Shown here piece by piece: positions 40,274 through 52,399 of a DNA stretch of 64,000 bases. Every line of letters starts with the position of its first letter. Position 1 is the stretch's first letter. This stretch comes from Geosiphon pyriformis uo1 (lineage: Eukaryota; Fungi; Glomeromycota): the NCBI GenBank assembly GCA_016748015.1, contig JAAOMT010000519.1:300258-364257 (forward strand), written 5' to 3'. The notes beneath the pieces are model-generated. The model had not been told where the DNA came from and searched no databases. It was given only the letters and a program-made list of their open reading frames with translations. Position numbers and translations under genes: made by a program.

Positions 40274-41012
40274 AATTAGTTTCATAATATTTAAACATAA
40301 TTTTCTTTTGATTAAAAAAATTAATAATATATTTTTTAAATAAATAAAAAAGTTTACTTTTCAATATTTGCGCAAAGGTATTCATACTGTTAATGATTCA
40401 CCTAGTCATTTTAAAATGGTGTCGTTCATAAAGCGACTGGTCTTGTTAGAAAAAGTAAAAAATAGACACAAAGGCTTTAAAAAAGGGCTCAAGTTTCTAA
40501 AATTAAACATAATTTTCGATTTATGAGTTATTCTATTATAAGCCCGGTATCTTTTCAAAACTAAAATTAACTTTTTGGTAAAGGCACTAGAATAAATCAA
40601 AGTGCAATATGCCTCATTGTTTTGCTTAATAAAACTATTATTTTTATCACAGAAATCTTGGCGTCTTTAGGAAAAATATTCATTTAAAAAAATTATTTCA
40701 CCAAAATAAACTTTAAATCTAAAATATTTTCGAATTGCATATCGTTTTGGAATTTCAATTGATTTTAACAATTGCAAAACAGACTTATAAGTGTGATATG
40801 ACTCTTACACCATTTTGAAATATTCAATCGCCGAATTTAATCTAAAGCAATCCGCTTGAGCATTAAGAAATTTAATTTTGCCCGGAATTTTGAAGTGATT
40901 TACATAGCATTTGTCAGAAAATCTTTTTCTCCAGAGAAAGATTTTGTGCTACATTAAATTAACTTTCGGCTCGTGCTACCCTGAATATTAGAAATCAATT
41001 ATTTTTTTTTAG

Positions 41013-41018
41013 TATAAA
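41013..41018 (+). promoter_or_regulatory. TATA-like box upstream of HMG-1; equivalent boxes at 43251-43260, 45046-45054 and 48320-48326 precede HMG-2, -3 and -4
   Basis: TATAAA(A) shortly upstream of each HMG start. AT-rich background lowers specificity. Confidence 0.4.
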
Positions 41019-41146
41019 GCTAACAACGCGTTCGTAACAAAACCGTCAGAATTCAAAGTCAAAAAATACAGAGCTAGATATCAAAGCGCTAAACTAATTT
41101 GAAAAAGAGAGAAATAAAACCAGAACAATTAATCTAACCTGATAAA

Positions 41147-42325
41147 ATGAATTCATCTCAAGAAGACTTCATTCAAGATTTGAACCAATTTGACTTTGAA
41201 ACTAAAACTACCGGACGTCCATTTATTTTCATTGACTCGAGTGATCCCATTAATCCAAACCAAGTAATCAGTCATGAAGCTAAACCGATGTTCAAACCAC
41301 CATTTCCACCAGTTTTTCATTCCCAAGATTTGATTGCAAAGAAACAAAAAGGTGCTAATTGTACTAGATCCCCCAATGCGTTCATACTTTATCGGAGAGC
41401 TTTTGTGAAAGCTGCTTTAAATGAAGGATTTAAACTTCCAATGACTGTTATTTCGACCATGGCCTCACATGCATGGGAAAATGAATTACCATTTGTTAAA
41501 GAAGAATATAAGAAAATTGCTCAAGAAGCCAAAATTCAACACGAAATTTTATTCCCAAAAGTCAATCCAAAGAAAAAATCAAAAAGATGGCGTGTATACC
41601 CACAGAAACCAAGAAATCCGGTAAAACAATCGCCTTCCAGTCGAAGCCCTTCTTTATCTCCAACAAGCACCACCTCTTCATCCCCTTTTCCCTGGAGTCC
41701 TGTCTCATCAGATGATGAAATATTCTTGGAACATGAGAGTTCCAATCAATCCACAAATATTGATTCGAATTTTAACGTTGAAAATGATTTAGTGATGCCA
41801 GTTTCTGAAGATTTTTTCAACGATTTATTATTCGCTGATGAGATGTGTCATCTTGAAAGGAATATTGAAAATGAAATTGATTCGGAAAGAATTCCATCAA
41901 ATGATATTACTGAAATGTCACATGAAGCATTCGATTTTCACGAGATCATGAACCTTTCCCAAATGATTGATTTTGGTCATTTAGATCTTAATCAAGAATT
42001 CGATGATATTTACCAAATATTTGAAAATACAATGGTTGAACCTGAGAACCAAAATTTTCAATCGCCAATTAATTCACCTAATATAAATCAATTTTTGAAT
42101 ATCGATTCAATAGAAGAAACATCTATTGGTATTTATAACTTAGCAGAAGAAAATTTTTTCTCCTCGATTTCAGCAGAACAATCAATTGAGTTGAATTACT
42201 TGAATCAATATCAAAATTTTGAATTATATTTTGAACCATTTGCACCCGAAAATTATGACAATTTGTCTTACGAAAAATCAAACATTTATGATTTCCAACT
42301 TGAACAGCACGAAGAATATTTTTAG
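41147..42325 (+). CDS. MATA_HMG-box transcription factor (HMG-1), 392 aa, acidic C-terminal region
   Basis: FKPPFPP...RSPNAFILYRRAF...MTVISTMASHAWENELPFVKEEYKKIAQEAK; intronless; D/E/F-rich tail. Confidence 0.93.
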   Translation: MNSSQEDFIQDLNQFDFETKTTGRPFIFIDSSDPINPNQVISHEAKPMFKPPFPPVFHSQDLIAKKQKGANCTRSPNAFILYRRAFVKAALNEGFKLPMTVISTMASHAWENELPFVKEEYKKIAQEAKIQHEILFPKVNPKKKSKRWRVYPQKPRNPVKQSPSSRSPSLSPTSTTSSSPFPWSPVSSDDEIFLEHESSNQSTNIDSNFNVENDLVMPVSEDFFNDLLFADEMCHLERNIENEIDSERIPSNDITEMSHEAFDFHEIMNLSQMIDFGHLDLNQEFDDIYQIFENTMVEPENQNFQSPINSPNINQFLNIDSIEETSIGIYNLAEENFFSSISAEQSIELNYLNQYQNFELYFEPFAPENYDNLSYEKSNIYDFQLEQHEEYF

Positions 42326-43276
42326 TCTCTTAACGAATCATAACAATTCCTTTTATTCTTTGAATTCAACGTGATTAAGAATTTCTCTAATGAAACTAAA
42401 ACAAACATAAATCTAAGTTATTTATTTATGCCTATAACCCTCTGTCATGAAACTCGTTTATTCATTGCTTTAATCCAAAAGATTTTGAATTTTAACACTT
42501 ACCTTAAATTTAAAAACATCCTTATAAGCAATCTGTAAGATAAAGAAAATTAAGTAAGCATTTCATAGAGTCATTTCTAATATAGAATATTAAAATTAAA
42601 TTTTCCTTAAAAGAATATGTAAATAATTTATCCTTTTGTAGATATTTTACCTTCTCGCTTAGATTATCATAATTTTTAAAATAAGATAAAAGTTTAAAAA
42701 CTAAAAACTTAATAATTATTGAATAAAAATATGAAAAGTTTTAAATTTCCTTAAAAATTATGCAATTAAACTAATGATTCTCATTATTTACTAGGGAAAT
42801 TAATAAATTTATTTTAAGTCGAAAATTTTTTAATGTTGTGAGGAATCTCAACATTCCCTTCAGAAAAAATGGGAGTGTCACAAAATGATCATGCCGTTGT
42901 ATGTTTGGGTTATCTCAACTGTGGGATGCATTAAAAACAACGCCAATTTACGTAATTCCAAGTTTTTCCCTATTGATTTGGAAAATTATGCTGTGCCTTT
43001 TCAAATCTGGAAAATTGAATACACATCTTTACTTGCTTACCGAATGTGTTGCTTGATTTCGTAACTGCATTTTTGAATTGTATGAGAAGTTTGGTAAATA
43101 AACCCAAAGCATGAAAAATATCTAAGTTCCAATTCGTATTTTGAAATTTTCAGTATTCTGAATTTTTAATTCACATAAATGCAGTAAATGATCTTTTTTC
43201 AAAGAATTGTCTAGATTGTAAGACTTCTAAAATAAACTGCTTAAAATACATATATAAAAAGTTTTCTTTTCTATAG

Positions 43277-44028
43277 GTACAATGACAAAGTTAATGACAA
43301 TAAGTCTCGCCCCTTGATTTACTTTATTCCAAAAATTCATTTAATTCAGATCAATCAATATCCAGCCAATGTGGAAAACCGATATTCAGGCCTTCCTTTC
43401 CTCCACTGATAAGCACCCATGACCTTTTCCCAAAGCAAACAGGGACCAAACCAAAAAAATCACCAAATGCCTTCATTCTGTGCAGGAGAGATTTTGTAAG
43501 GGTTGCTTTGGCGAAAGGTATAAACTTCCTATGACGATAGTTTCTACCATGGCCTCACAAGCATGGAAACAAGAATTGCCTTTTGTAAAAGATGAATACA
43601 AAAGAGTTGCAAAGGCAGCGAAAATTCAACACAATAAGCTATATCCCAAGGAAGATTTAGAAATCTCAAAAAAAAGGTGGCGTGTCTTTTCACATAAACC
43701 AGTCATGGAGACAACAGGAAATTCCTTGACCCAATCTTTAGATAAAAAGTTTGAACCTGTTAATTCATCCATCCATTCAAAATTAATAAACTACACAGAA
43801 CCGTATGACCAGATACCACCCTTAGAAGAAGAATTTCAAGTTCAATCGATAATAATTCCTGATGAAAACAGTTTCAATCAATGGTCTGGAATAATTAAAA
43901 ACAGAGAGTTTCCCTTGTTTCCATATCTTAGCTCGGAGGAAATTTCCTGGTATGATTCATCAGAAATTACAAATTTTCTCACTGAGAGATATGAAAGTCA
44001 AAGCCTTCTGGATGCTTCTTTAATATAA
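43277..44028 (+). pseudogene. Frameshifted MATA_HMG-box gene (HMG-2)
   Basis: SRPLIYFI, frameshift, KPIFRPSFPP...KSPNAFILCRRDFVRVALAKG, 1-nt frameshift near 43517, YKLPMTIVSTMASQAWKQELPFVKDEYKRVAK...KRWRV. Paralogous to HMG-1 and HMG-3; the conserved Y is replaced by C. Confidence 0.85.
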
Positions 44029-45125
44029 CATGAGAGTCAAATTTCATAATGAAAAATATTAAAATTCTCACACTTGGTAATAAGGATTTCAAAAGCTTCA
44101 AAATAAAATTTGCACCATTCAATTAGATTCTCTTTGCTTTTTAATAAATATTCTATATTTAATCGATTTTAAACACCATAAAGTTGAAGCTCAATAATAA
44201 TGTGTCTTCGTATACAAGAAAAGAACTTATTACTATGATTCTATAAACGTTATGATTCAATTTGCTTTTTTGTTTGTTTGTTTATAAGTACAACGTTTAT
44301 CTGCGGCTTTCAACTGGAAAGGCAAACAATATCAATCTTTCTTTAATCTCTGAAAGTGGGAATTCTGAAACTTTAAAATCTTTGATATCAATGTTGTCAT
44401 TCCGTGCATTTAATAAACTCTTGCATTTTGCTGAGCAACTTTCATGTCTCTCATAGACTTTGAATTGAAGTGGTTCGTAAAAGTTTTTTATTAATTTAAA
44501 TTATTTATTTTAACGTATAGGCATTTTTCCAAATTCAGCATTACAAAATTCAAATTTTTTTAGCGTTTCAGAATTGAGCATTTAAGTTCGAATCAGTGAT
44601 TTTTTCGATAACAATTTTATTTAATAAACTAATTCCAAGTTCTACTTGGAATCTTCCATTGAGATTTACTCGCCACTGATGATAAATGATAGAGAATTTT
44701 TTTTTTCCAATTTTGGAAATTGAATGTATCACGAAAAATAAAACGCCACGTTAATGCGCCTATTTTAAAGATAAAAAGTGTTAATAATAAATTTCGAGGA
44801 TATAAAAAAAGCCAAAGAAATCGAATCATGAGAAATTTCTAAATAGCTTAAGGTTTTCATCATGACAAGTTGCATTTTTATTCGGGTTTTAAATATTTTC
44901 CTAAAAAGGATAAAAGATTTTTAATCAAAGAAAGACGATTGGTATCCAGCCGAATGTTTTTCAATTTTTTAAGTTGTGTTTCTTGACTTGGAGAAAATAT
45001 TTTCAACTTTCAATTTTAATTGATTGGTTCAAAGGTTTCAAATCTTATATAAAACTAGAATGGTCCCCCTAAAGATAACTGCAGTCAAGAATTGACTCAA
45101 ACAAGAGTGATATACAGAGGGAAAG

Positions 45126-46223
45126 ATGAATTCAATCACAAATACTGATCTTAAGCAAAATGATCTTTCATTTCCTACCAAAATTGAAAGTCACCCTTCC
45201 CCTCCCCCTCTCCCTCGTCCTTTTATTTTTATTGATTCTAGTGATCCAACCAATATTCCCAATCTCTTAGTCACTCCCAATGATACTGATATGATTTTTA
45301 GACCACCATTCCCACCAATATTAACCCCTCAAGATTTAATTAGCAAGAAACAGAAGAATTCAAATCCGACAAAACCTCCCAATGCATTCATTATTTATCG
45401 TAGAGCATTTGTTAAAGCAAGTATAGATGAAGGATATCAGCTTCCTATGACCGTAATTTCTGCCATGGCATCCCAGGCTTGGCAAACAGAGTCGTCGATT
45501 GTGAAAGAGGAATACAAAAGAATTGCAGAATCAGCAAAAATTCAACATGACATTTTGTATCCAAAACTTCAACGTAAAGAATCGAAGAGGTGGCGTGTTT
45601 CTCCACAGAAACCGGTAATAAATGTGAGCTCTACAACGATGAAAACTTTATCATCAACCCCTTTAGCATCATCCACAAAAGATTTTGGTATAATTGATGG
45701 GCTTTCGGAATTTGTTTCTTCGGAAACTATAAACTCTATCGATAATCACATCAATTTTATCCAACACAGTGATACTAATCTCAATGTGTCAGATCTTTCC
45801 GGAGGTTTTGTTGATTCCAATGCTGAAAATTTTGACTTTTCCTTTGAAGATTTCAACTACAATGACAAAACGGAAGTCCTAGAGAATATCTCATGTTTAT
45901 CACTACCTACTACTCCAGGAAAATCTTTCTGCTATAAAGGAGTAGAATTTGAAAGCTTCGAAGTTGCCCAATCATTATCACCTTTTCAAGGATCGTTTGA
46001 TTATCTAGGGATCCCAGGTTCTAGCATGGAAATCCCTGAAAGCTCAATGGGATTAGAACCGGCAGCAGATTATTTTTCGCCTGTTTTGCCTACTACAGCT
46101 GGAAAGAATTACTCATTCAATTTTTCTTCAATGATGGGTCAGATATATTCCGCTGGCTCCCTTGAATCATCCTCTGGCCTCAATTATTCTGATATATCTA
46201 ACACTTTGGCTTTTCAAGAATAA
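45126..46223 (+). CDS. MATA_HMG-box transcription factor (HMG-3), 365 aa
   Basis: RPFIFIDSSDP...FRPPFPP...KPPNAFIIYRRAF...MASQAWQTE...KEEYKRIA...KRWRVSPQKP; acidic/Ser-rich tail. Confidence 0.93.
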   Translation: MNSITNTDLKQNDLSFPTKIESHPSPPPLPRPFIFIDSSDPTNIPNLLVTPNDTDMIFRPPFPPILTPQDLISKKQKNSNPTKPPNAFIIYRRAFVKASIDEGYQLPMTVISAMASQAWQTESSIVKEEYKRIAESAKIQHDILYPKLQRKESKRWRVSPQKPVINVSSTTMKTLSSTPLASSTKDFGIIDGLSEFVSSETINSIDNHINFIQHSDTNLNVSDLSGGFVDSNAENFDFSFEDFNYNDKTEVLENISCLSLPTTPGKSFCYKGVEFESFEVAQSLSPFQGSFDYLGIPGSSMEIPESSMGLEPAADYFSPVLPTTAGKNYSFNFSSMMGQIYSAGSLESSSGLNYSDISNTLAFQE

Positions 46224-48386
46224 ACGCCTTTAATTAAGTTTAAATAATGCTTATTCAACAACTTGATAACATATGTTTCTTGGGAAGTTTTGTCATTTTT
46301 CAATATGGTAAATTTTTTAGAAAACAATTATATCAATCTTAAAAAAATATGTCCTGTTCTTATGGCTAAGAATCTCCAGTTTCCTTTTTTTTGTTTTCCC
46401 TCTGCAATATGAATAAAATTAAAAAAATATATGTTTTTCTTATTTCCTATAATCAAAAAATTTGAGAGTTTAAATTACTTTTTATATTTTACTTTATGAA
46501 ATAAATTTTGAATATGATTTCATTTAATTCTTATCGCATTATTGTCTATACCTAGTACTGTCTGAAGCCATAGTTTCAACGGGAAAGTGAGGATTGAGCC
46601 TATTGACTAACCTTGATTTTTAGGAGTAAAATCTAGAAACTACTGAATTTCATATATAATTGATAATTTTATTCTCATGGCAACACCCAATTCTACATAA
46701 AATTGTCTGGTCTGCTAATTTGAATTTCTTTTCAATTCCTCATTTTATTAAGCTTTGAAGAAAATTGGAGTTTTTGAAATCTCCAGTTAAAAACCGATTA
46801 TTTGATTTAATCTTCTCTTTTGAATACATTACCAAGAAAGAAATCATAAATATCAATTGGTATTATTTACTTTCATTTATTAATATACAGTCCTATGCAC
46901 TGTGACAATGAATTGCCAAAAGCTTAATCTTCTGAAGGTAACGTTGAGGGAATCATGCATAAATAACAGATTGAGCATTCATTCGACTGGTTAAAGCACG
47001 AAATCGGATAACGGGACTTTTATTTGCTTCAATTGTTTTATTTCAAGGGGAACATATTCAAGAAAATTTTTGCTATTAAGTAATCCCTGCTAATAATTCA
47101 TTCGAAAATGACATTTAAGGGCATATTTTTAGAATAAAAATGTCAAAGCAAAATCTCCAATCCTCAGCTTCTCTTGTTAAATCAAAAGGTTACAACTTTT
47201 AATGAGCGGGATTTATTGGTCAGAAAACATTTCTTCATGTCGAAATTTTTTAATTATTTAAGTTTTAATGAACTTACTAGCTCATTTTTATTGTGATAAT
47301 CTCTGAGTTAATGGCTCGATTTCGAGTTGATGAGAGCCAAAACTTGAGATAAATAACATAAAAAGGCAAGCTGTCCACTTAAATATAACCTCTTTTTAAG
47401 TTACATTGTGGATCTCAATATCTTTTGAAAGTCTTGATAATAAGCTTGGTCCTATTATTAATACATTAAATTTTTAAAGAAATAGCTCTTTAAATACTCA
47501 AAAAGAATATCACTATAAAGAAATGTCATTGTCAAATCCAATAATAAAAAAACAGTTCAGAAGCAAAAGTCCCAAGTTTATAATAGAAAGGTCTTAAGAT
47601 TTAAACTTTACGCTAGTAGTTTCCTGCCTTAGATTACGAGAAAAATTAGCTTTTACCACTGACCCCCAATTGAAAGTGTACTAAAAGCCAAATGTTGTTA
47701 ACAATAAAAAGATCTAGCTTATAAATAAGTCAACTGACAATCCTGGAGATTCGACAAACGCCAATTCTAACATCCAATCAAAAAGATGCACCAACCAAAA
47801 AAGGTATTCAATATTTTAGGCGATCAGGATTCACTGGTGTAATTGTCCTCCCGAGAAAATGAAATTTTAGTCTAGAACTCTGTTTGATATAGAAAGGCAC
47901 AGCATGTCCTTTAATTAGATAAGCCAGAATTATCAGAGAATTCTGATGGTTTTAATCTATTTCCTTAACGAAGGCTTGTTGGAAGATCTATATAATTTTG
48001 AATCTGTGACGTCATAAACCAGAGGTGTGGTTTAAAAGCACCTCGAAATATTCTCAGTGTATATATCATTTTTCTAGAATTCTCTATAAACTTATTTCAT
48101 CGCGTCTGAAAGCCACAAAAAATTTCTCGTCCTTTTTTATTGTACTCTTAATTATTGTTTTTGTACTGAAACTTCTATAATCATTTTGAAACTGTCACGT
48201 GGGTCAATATCAATTCTGGAGGGTTAAAACTGATTAATGCAGCCACAGGAGGCTTGTGCGTAGGGTTGATGCTACAGATATCTATGAAAATGATCATGTG
48301 TCAAACTCGCTTTTTAAAATATAAAAGCGGACAATGAAACTCAGTATTTGGTGACTAAAACGTTTCTTTTCGTCATTTATTGTAAA

Positions 48387-49568
48387 ATGTCCGATAATAG
48401 AATCGACAGTGTAACTGAAATTGAGAAGCCAGTTAGCCTTGAAGAAAGTGAAGCACCGCTTTATGAATTTAAAGTACCATTTCCCCCAGAAATCACCACA
48501 AGTGAATGTATTACTTTAAAGGATGGGAAAATCCCTACTAAATCGCCCAACTGTTTTATTATTTATCGAAGAGCATTTCAAAAGGAACTCCGGGCTAAAG
48601 GATATGTCTTTAAATTAAATTTGGTTTCTGCCATGGCTTCGCAATCGTGGCAACGTGAACCACCCAATGTAAAGAAAATTTATAAAGAGTTTGCTCGTCA
48701 AATTAACGTTGAGCTCGTCGAAATGCGTGCTACGAAAAACAAATCAGTTCCCAAGGAAACTTCTGACCAAGATCTCAAATCGACACAAATAGAAGGTGGC
48801 TTTGAGCAAGGTTTCAAGCAGAAAAAAGATACTGCTGTAGAATCTCATCAAAATATACCAACACTACTTCCTCTTTCTATTCCCCCTATCCCAAGGAGTA
48901 GAATCTCACCTGTCTTGTTGGATTTTTTGCGAGAAGACGTCAAAGATACGGCTGTAGAATCTCATCAAAATGCACCAACACTACCTTTTTCTATTCCTCC
49001 TATCCCAAGAAGCAGAATCTCACCTGTCTTGTTGGATTTCTTGCAAGAAGACGTTTATGAAGCAGGAATAGAGTTTAACTGGCAAGCAAATCAAATGGAA
49101 GATATGGAAAATGAACTCTTCAATACTCTGAATCAATCTCATGAATCAGAAAATCAGCCTGAAATTCCCTCTTATCCCTTTGAGCTAGCGGCGCAGGATA
49201 ACTTGAATTTCAACTTATATCCTTTGCCTCTCTCATCAGAGACAGTCTCATCAAATGACGCTTGCACCGGATTAAATGATTTCAACATTTCGATTTTGAA
49301 ATATTCTCAAACACCTGAAACGGCTACCATATCATCCGACATCTGGCTTGCTAATAATTTTGCACCTGAGGATAACTGGGAATCAGGTTGGCCGATGGAT
49401 ATTTATCAGGATGAGACAAATCTTAATTTTAAGAACGAGATAAACCCTCAGATAAATGAAATGTCTCCTCGAGTTTTCACAAACGACCTTTTGTTTATGG
49501 ATTTTATGGACCATTCTCCCTCACTCATTGTCCCTTCAATTTTCGAGGACAATCAATTCACCCAATAA
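48387..49568 (+). CDS. MATA_HMG-box transcription factor (HMG-4, more divergent), 393 aa
   Basis: First ATG at 48387 (MSDNRID); FKVPFPP...KSPNCFIIYRRAF...VSAMASQSWQREPPNVKKIYKEFA; acidic tail. Confidence 0.92.
   Translation: MSDNRIDSVTEIEKPVSLEESEAPLYEFKVPFPPEITTSECITLKDGKIPTKSPNCFIIYRRAFQKELRAKGYVFKLNLVSAMASQSWQREPPNVKKIYKEFARQINVELVEMRATKNKSVPKETSDQDLKSTQIEGGFEQGFKQKKDTAVESHQNIPTLLPLSIPPIPRSRISPVLLDFLREDVKDTAVESHQNAPTLPFSIPPIPRSRISPVLLDFLQEDVYEAGIEFNWQANQMEDMENELFNTLNQSHESENQPEIPSYPFELAAQDNLNFNLYPLPLSSETVSSNDACTGLNDFNISILKYSQTPETATISSDIWLANNFAPEDNWESGWPMDIYQDETNLNFKNEINPQINEMSPRVFTNDLLFMDFMDHSPSLIVPSIFEDNQFTQ
48825..49055 (+). repeat. Internal 117/114-bp tandem duplication in HMG-4 (39/38 aa)
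   Basis: KDTAVESHQNIPTLLPLSIPPIPRSRISPVLLDFLREDV followed by KDTAVESHQNAPTLPFSIPPIPRSRISPVLLDFLQEDV. Confidence 0.95.
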
Positions 49569-52399
49569 CATAAAAGAATCTACTTTGACTTCGTAAATGT
49601 TACGAGTGAAGTAACTTGAAGGGGAATTATGAGACCAACTCAATCATTTAAGTTTTATTCAAAATTGAGAACGTATATTTCTTTATTAATCAATACTTTA
49701 TTTTACCTTCCTTAAGAATTCAAATACCGAATATTTTAGCTCGTAATTAGCAATGGTTTTTAAGATTAAACAAATATTTTTAAGACCAAAGGTGATTTCA
49801 TGGAAATTCAATCTCTTAAATGGGTTTCCACACATTTGCCTGATTCAAAACTTATACATTTGATTTTGAATTATTGTAGAATTTTCCAATAGCTATTTGT
49901 AAATATGTTAAGCAATAAAAAGTCTCAAATTCTTTGGAATCCGTTTTCGGTTTCTACCCTAAGCTTAAAAGCGATTTATAATAGCACTGAAGACTAAAAT
50001 TTCAGGTTTTTCCTTCTGAATTCAAATGATCAAAAAACTGTGATGTGCCTTTTTACCTTAAAATAATTATCCAAAATTGAAATTTAATATTATTAGTTGT
50101 TGTATTCACCGGAAAAAATCCAATAATCAAGCGTTTCCATTGCATTGCGAGCTCACTTTTTGTATTTCTAAGATCAAGATTCATTCCCCAAATTTTCCAT
50201 CCTTAGATCGTAAATCTCTTTAAGCCAAATTGATGGGATGCCGCTATGTTTTCCATCAATTCAAAGAAAGCTTTTAAAATAAATAAATAAATGAACCTCA
50301 TTTTAGCGTTCTTTCCGTTTAATATTTTGCTTATTAGATTGATTTAGATCTCGTCAATACATTCGCTGAAAGTTCTCATTGAGGAGCACTTTACGAAATT
50401 CGGAGTTGAAATAGTGTGGATTATTTAATCCGAAAAGCGGTCACATTATAAATGATTTGGTAGAAGAATAGAGCATCATTATTTATTTGAGGCTTGATTT
50501 GATTTTTAGTACTACTATGCTTCAAGGAAATCTTCTCAGACGCCAATTAAAAAAGACATTTCTCTGCATTCCACTTCATTTAGTAATTGTGTCCCATTTA
50601 AATAAAGGCTATTGTGAATTTGCACGACATCATTGAAAAATCAATAATTTAACGAGCTTAAAGGATGATATGGCTTTAAAGTTTATTTACCTTCTCAATG
50701 TTGGGAGATTCACAAAATCACGAGCAGAGTAATCAGCTGTTAAAATAAATAGATTAGAAACATGAACTTCAAATTCACACACTAATTCTTTGTTGAAATA
50801 ACACCTCGTTTTTATTGTGTGAATCTCTCTTGTTCATTTATTCTGGGACCATGACCATTTATAGGCAATAAAGCCTCATTAAAAATCTGGATGACTTTTT
50901 TTGCCAAACAGGATACAATAACTACTTTTGGCTAAAAGGCATATGCTACAAAATGGTATCATGCATCATCATTTGGAACCTTATCTTGTCACAACAGTTT
51001 AAAGATTTACCGATTTTATTTTGTATATTATAAAATAAGCTTTCAGGCTTTATATTTTTTTTTAAACTCAAAATAATTATACATTTTTTTTTTCTAATTA
51101 AACTTTTTTTGTTTTATTTGCGATTTTTTTAAATATTCAATATAACTGGACATTTCTACTAACTGCATTCAAGTCATATTATGACCATTCCATTTCTGGT
51201 CACTGAAAACTCTTATAAAATGTGAAAAACTTTTTCACTTGCCAATGAATCTTCTTCAAAACCTAGTGTTTAACCAAATTATAAGGTCGAACCACCAATG
51301 AAATTTCTAAAGATTCTGAAAATGTTTACAGATTTTATTCTCAAATTCTTTTGATTTAAAATTTAAAAGCCAACCTTTAAAGAAGCTTGAAAATAAACAT
51401 CAGAGATTGCTTATTAGGTTAGGGTAAAGAATAGCCAGAAAATTTTGTGAGGTAAACTGGTCTATGGGAATAGTTGTAGACATTGAATCCATTATGAATT
51501 CTCGCGTTCAATACCTGCAATTTCAAAGAGCAAGGATTTTTCTGAAACAGAATCAAAATTTCATCTAAATTTAAACTCTTTGATTTTTAGTTTTATATTT
51601 AAAGATTAACATTTTTTTAAACTAAATCGCAATATTTCTCAAAAATCTATAAATAATAATTACAGTATATGCAAACCTTAGACATAATCAACAATAAAAA
51701 ACAAGTTTAAACAAACATTAAGCCGGCTTAAAAAATACAAGTTTCAAACAAAGTTACTTGCCATAATAAACGGAACTTTATAATCTTTTTGTTTCTAAAC
51801 ATAAACACAACTGTTATTAAGAATTTTTTACATTATATTGTTTTGAAATATTACCAAATCACAAACAGCAATACGATATCTAACCCGTTTTTATAATGTT
51901 GTGACCTAAAATTTCCCCAACACTTTCATCGGTAAAATCACCAGAAAGTATTTCACTTCAAAGTTTCAGCTACTTGATGAACGAACGAATGATTAAAGCG
52001 TTGTCTTTCCACTTGATTAATAATCTCGATTTTTGAAGGTAAGACAGTCTTGTCTTAATATAGTAATTTTGGGGTGAAGTCTCATATTACCATAGCACGA
52101 GATGACGTTAAGACACTATTTATCGAAACTGAGCTTATCTTATTATAATAAATTTGATTGAAAAAACAAAATCAATATTTCAAAGTTGTCAAAAATGGTT
52201 TATTATTGAAATTCTTCAAGGAAAAAAGTTCCTTTCAAACTTGAAGTCTCGTTTTAGAGACGGGCATAAAATATTCATCCTCAATCTCATCGGTCGATTT
52301 ATTTGCATTCAAAGGAGTATTCAAAGTCAGATTTACTTATTCTGGATATTTAAATTTTGTAATCTTTGAACTCTGATTCTAGTAATTTTGGTTGATTTT

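Noticed and set aside
41147-49568. Canonical Mucorales sex locus or AMF homeodomain MAT locus
   Set aside because: No triose-phosphate transporter or RNA helicase flanks and no homeodomain genes in the window.
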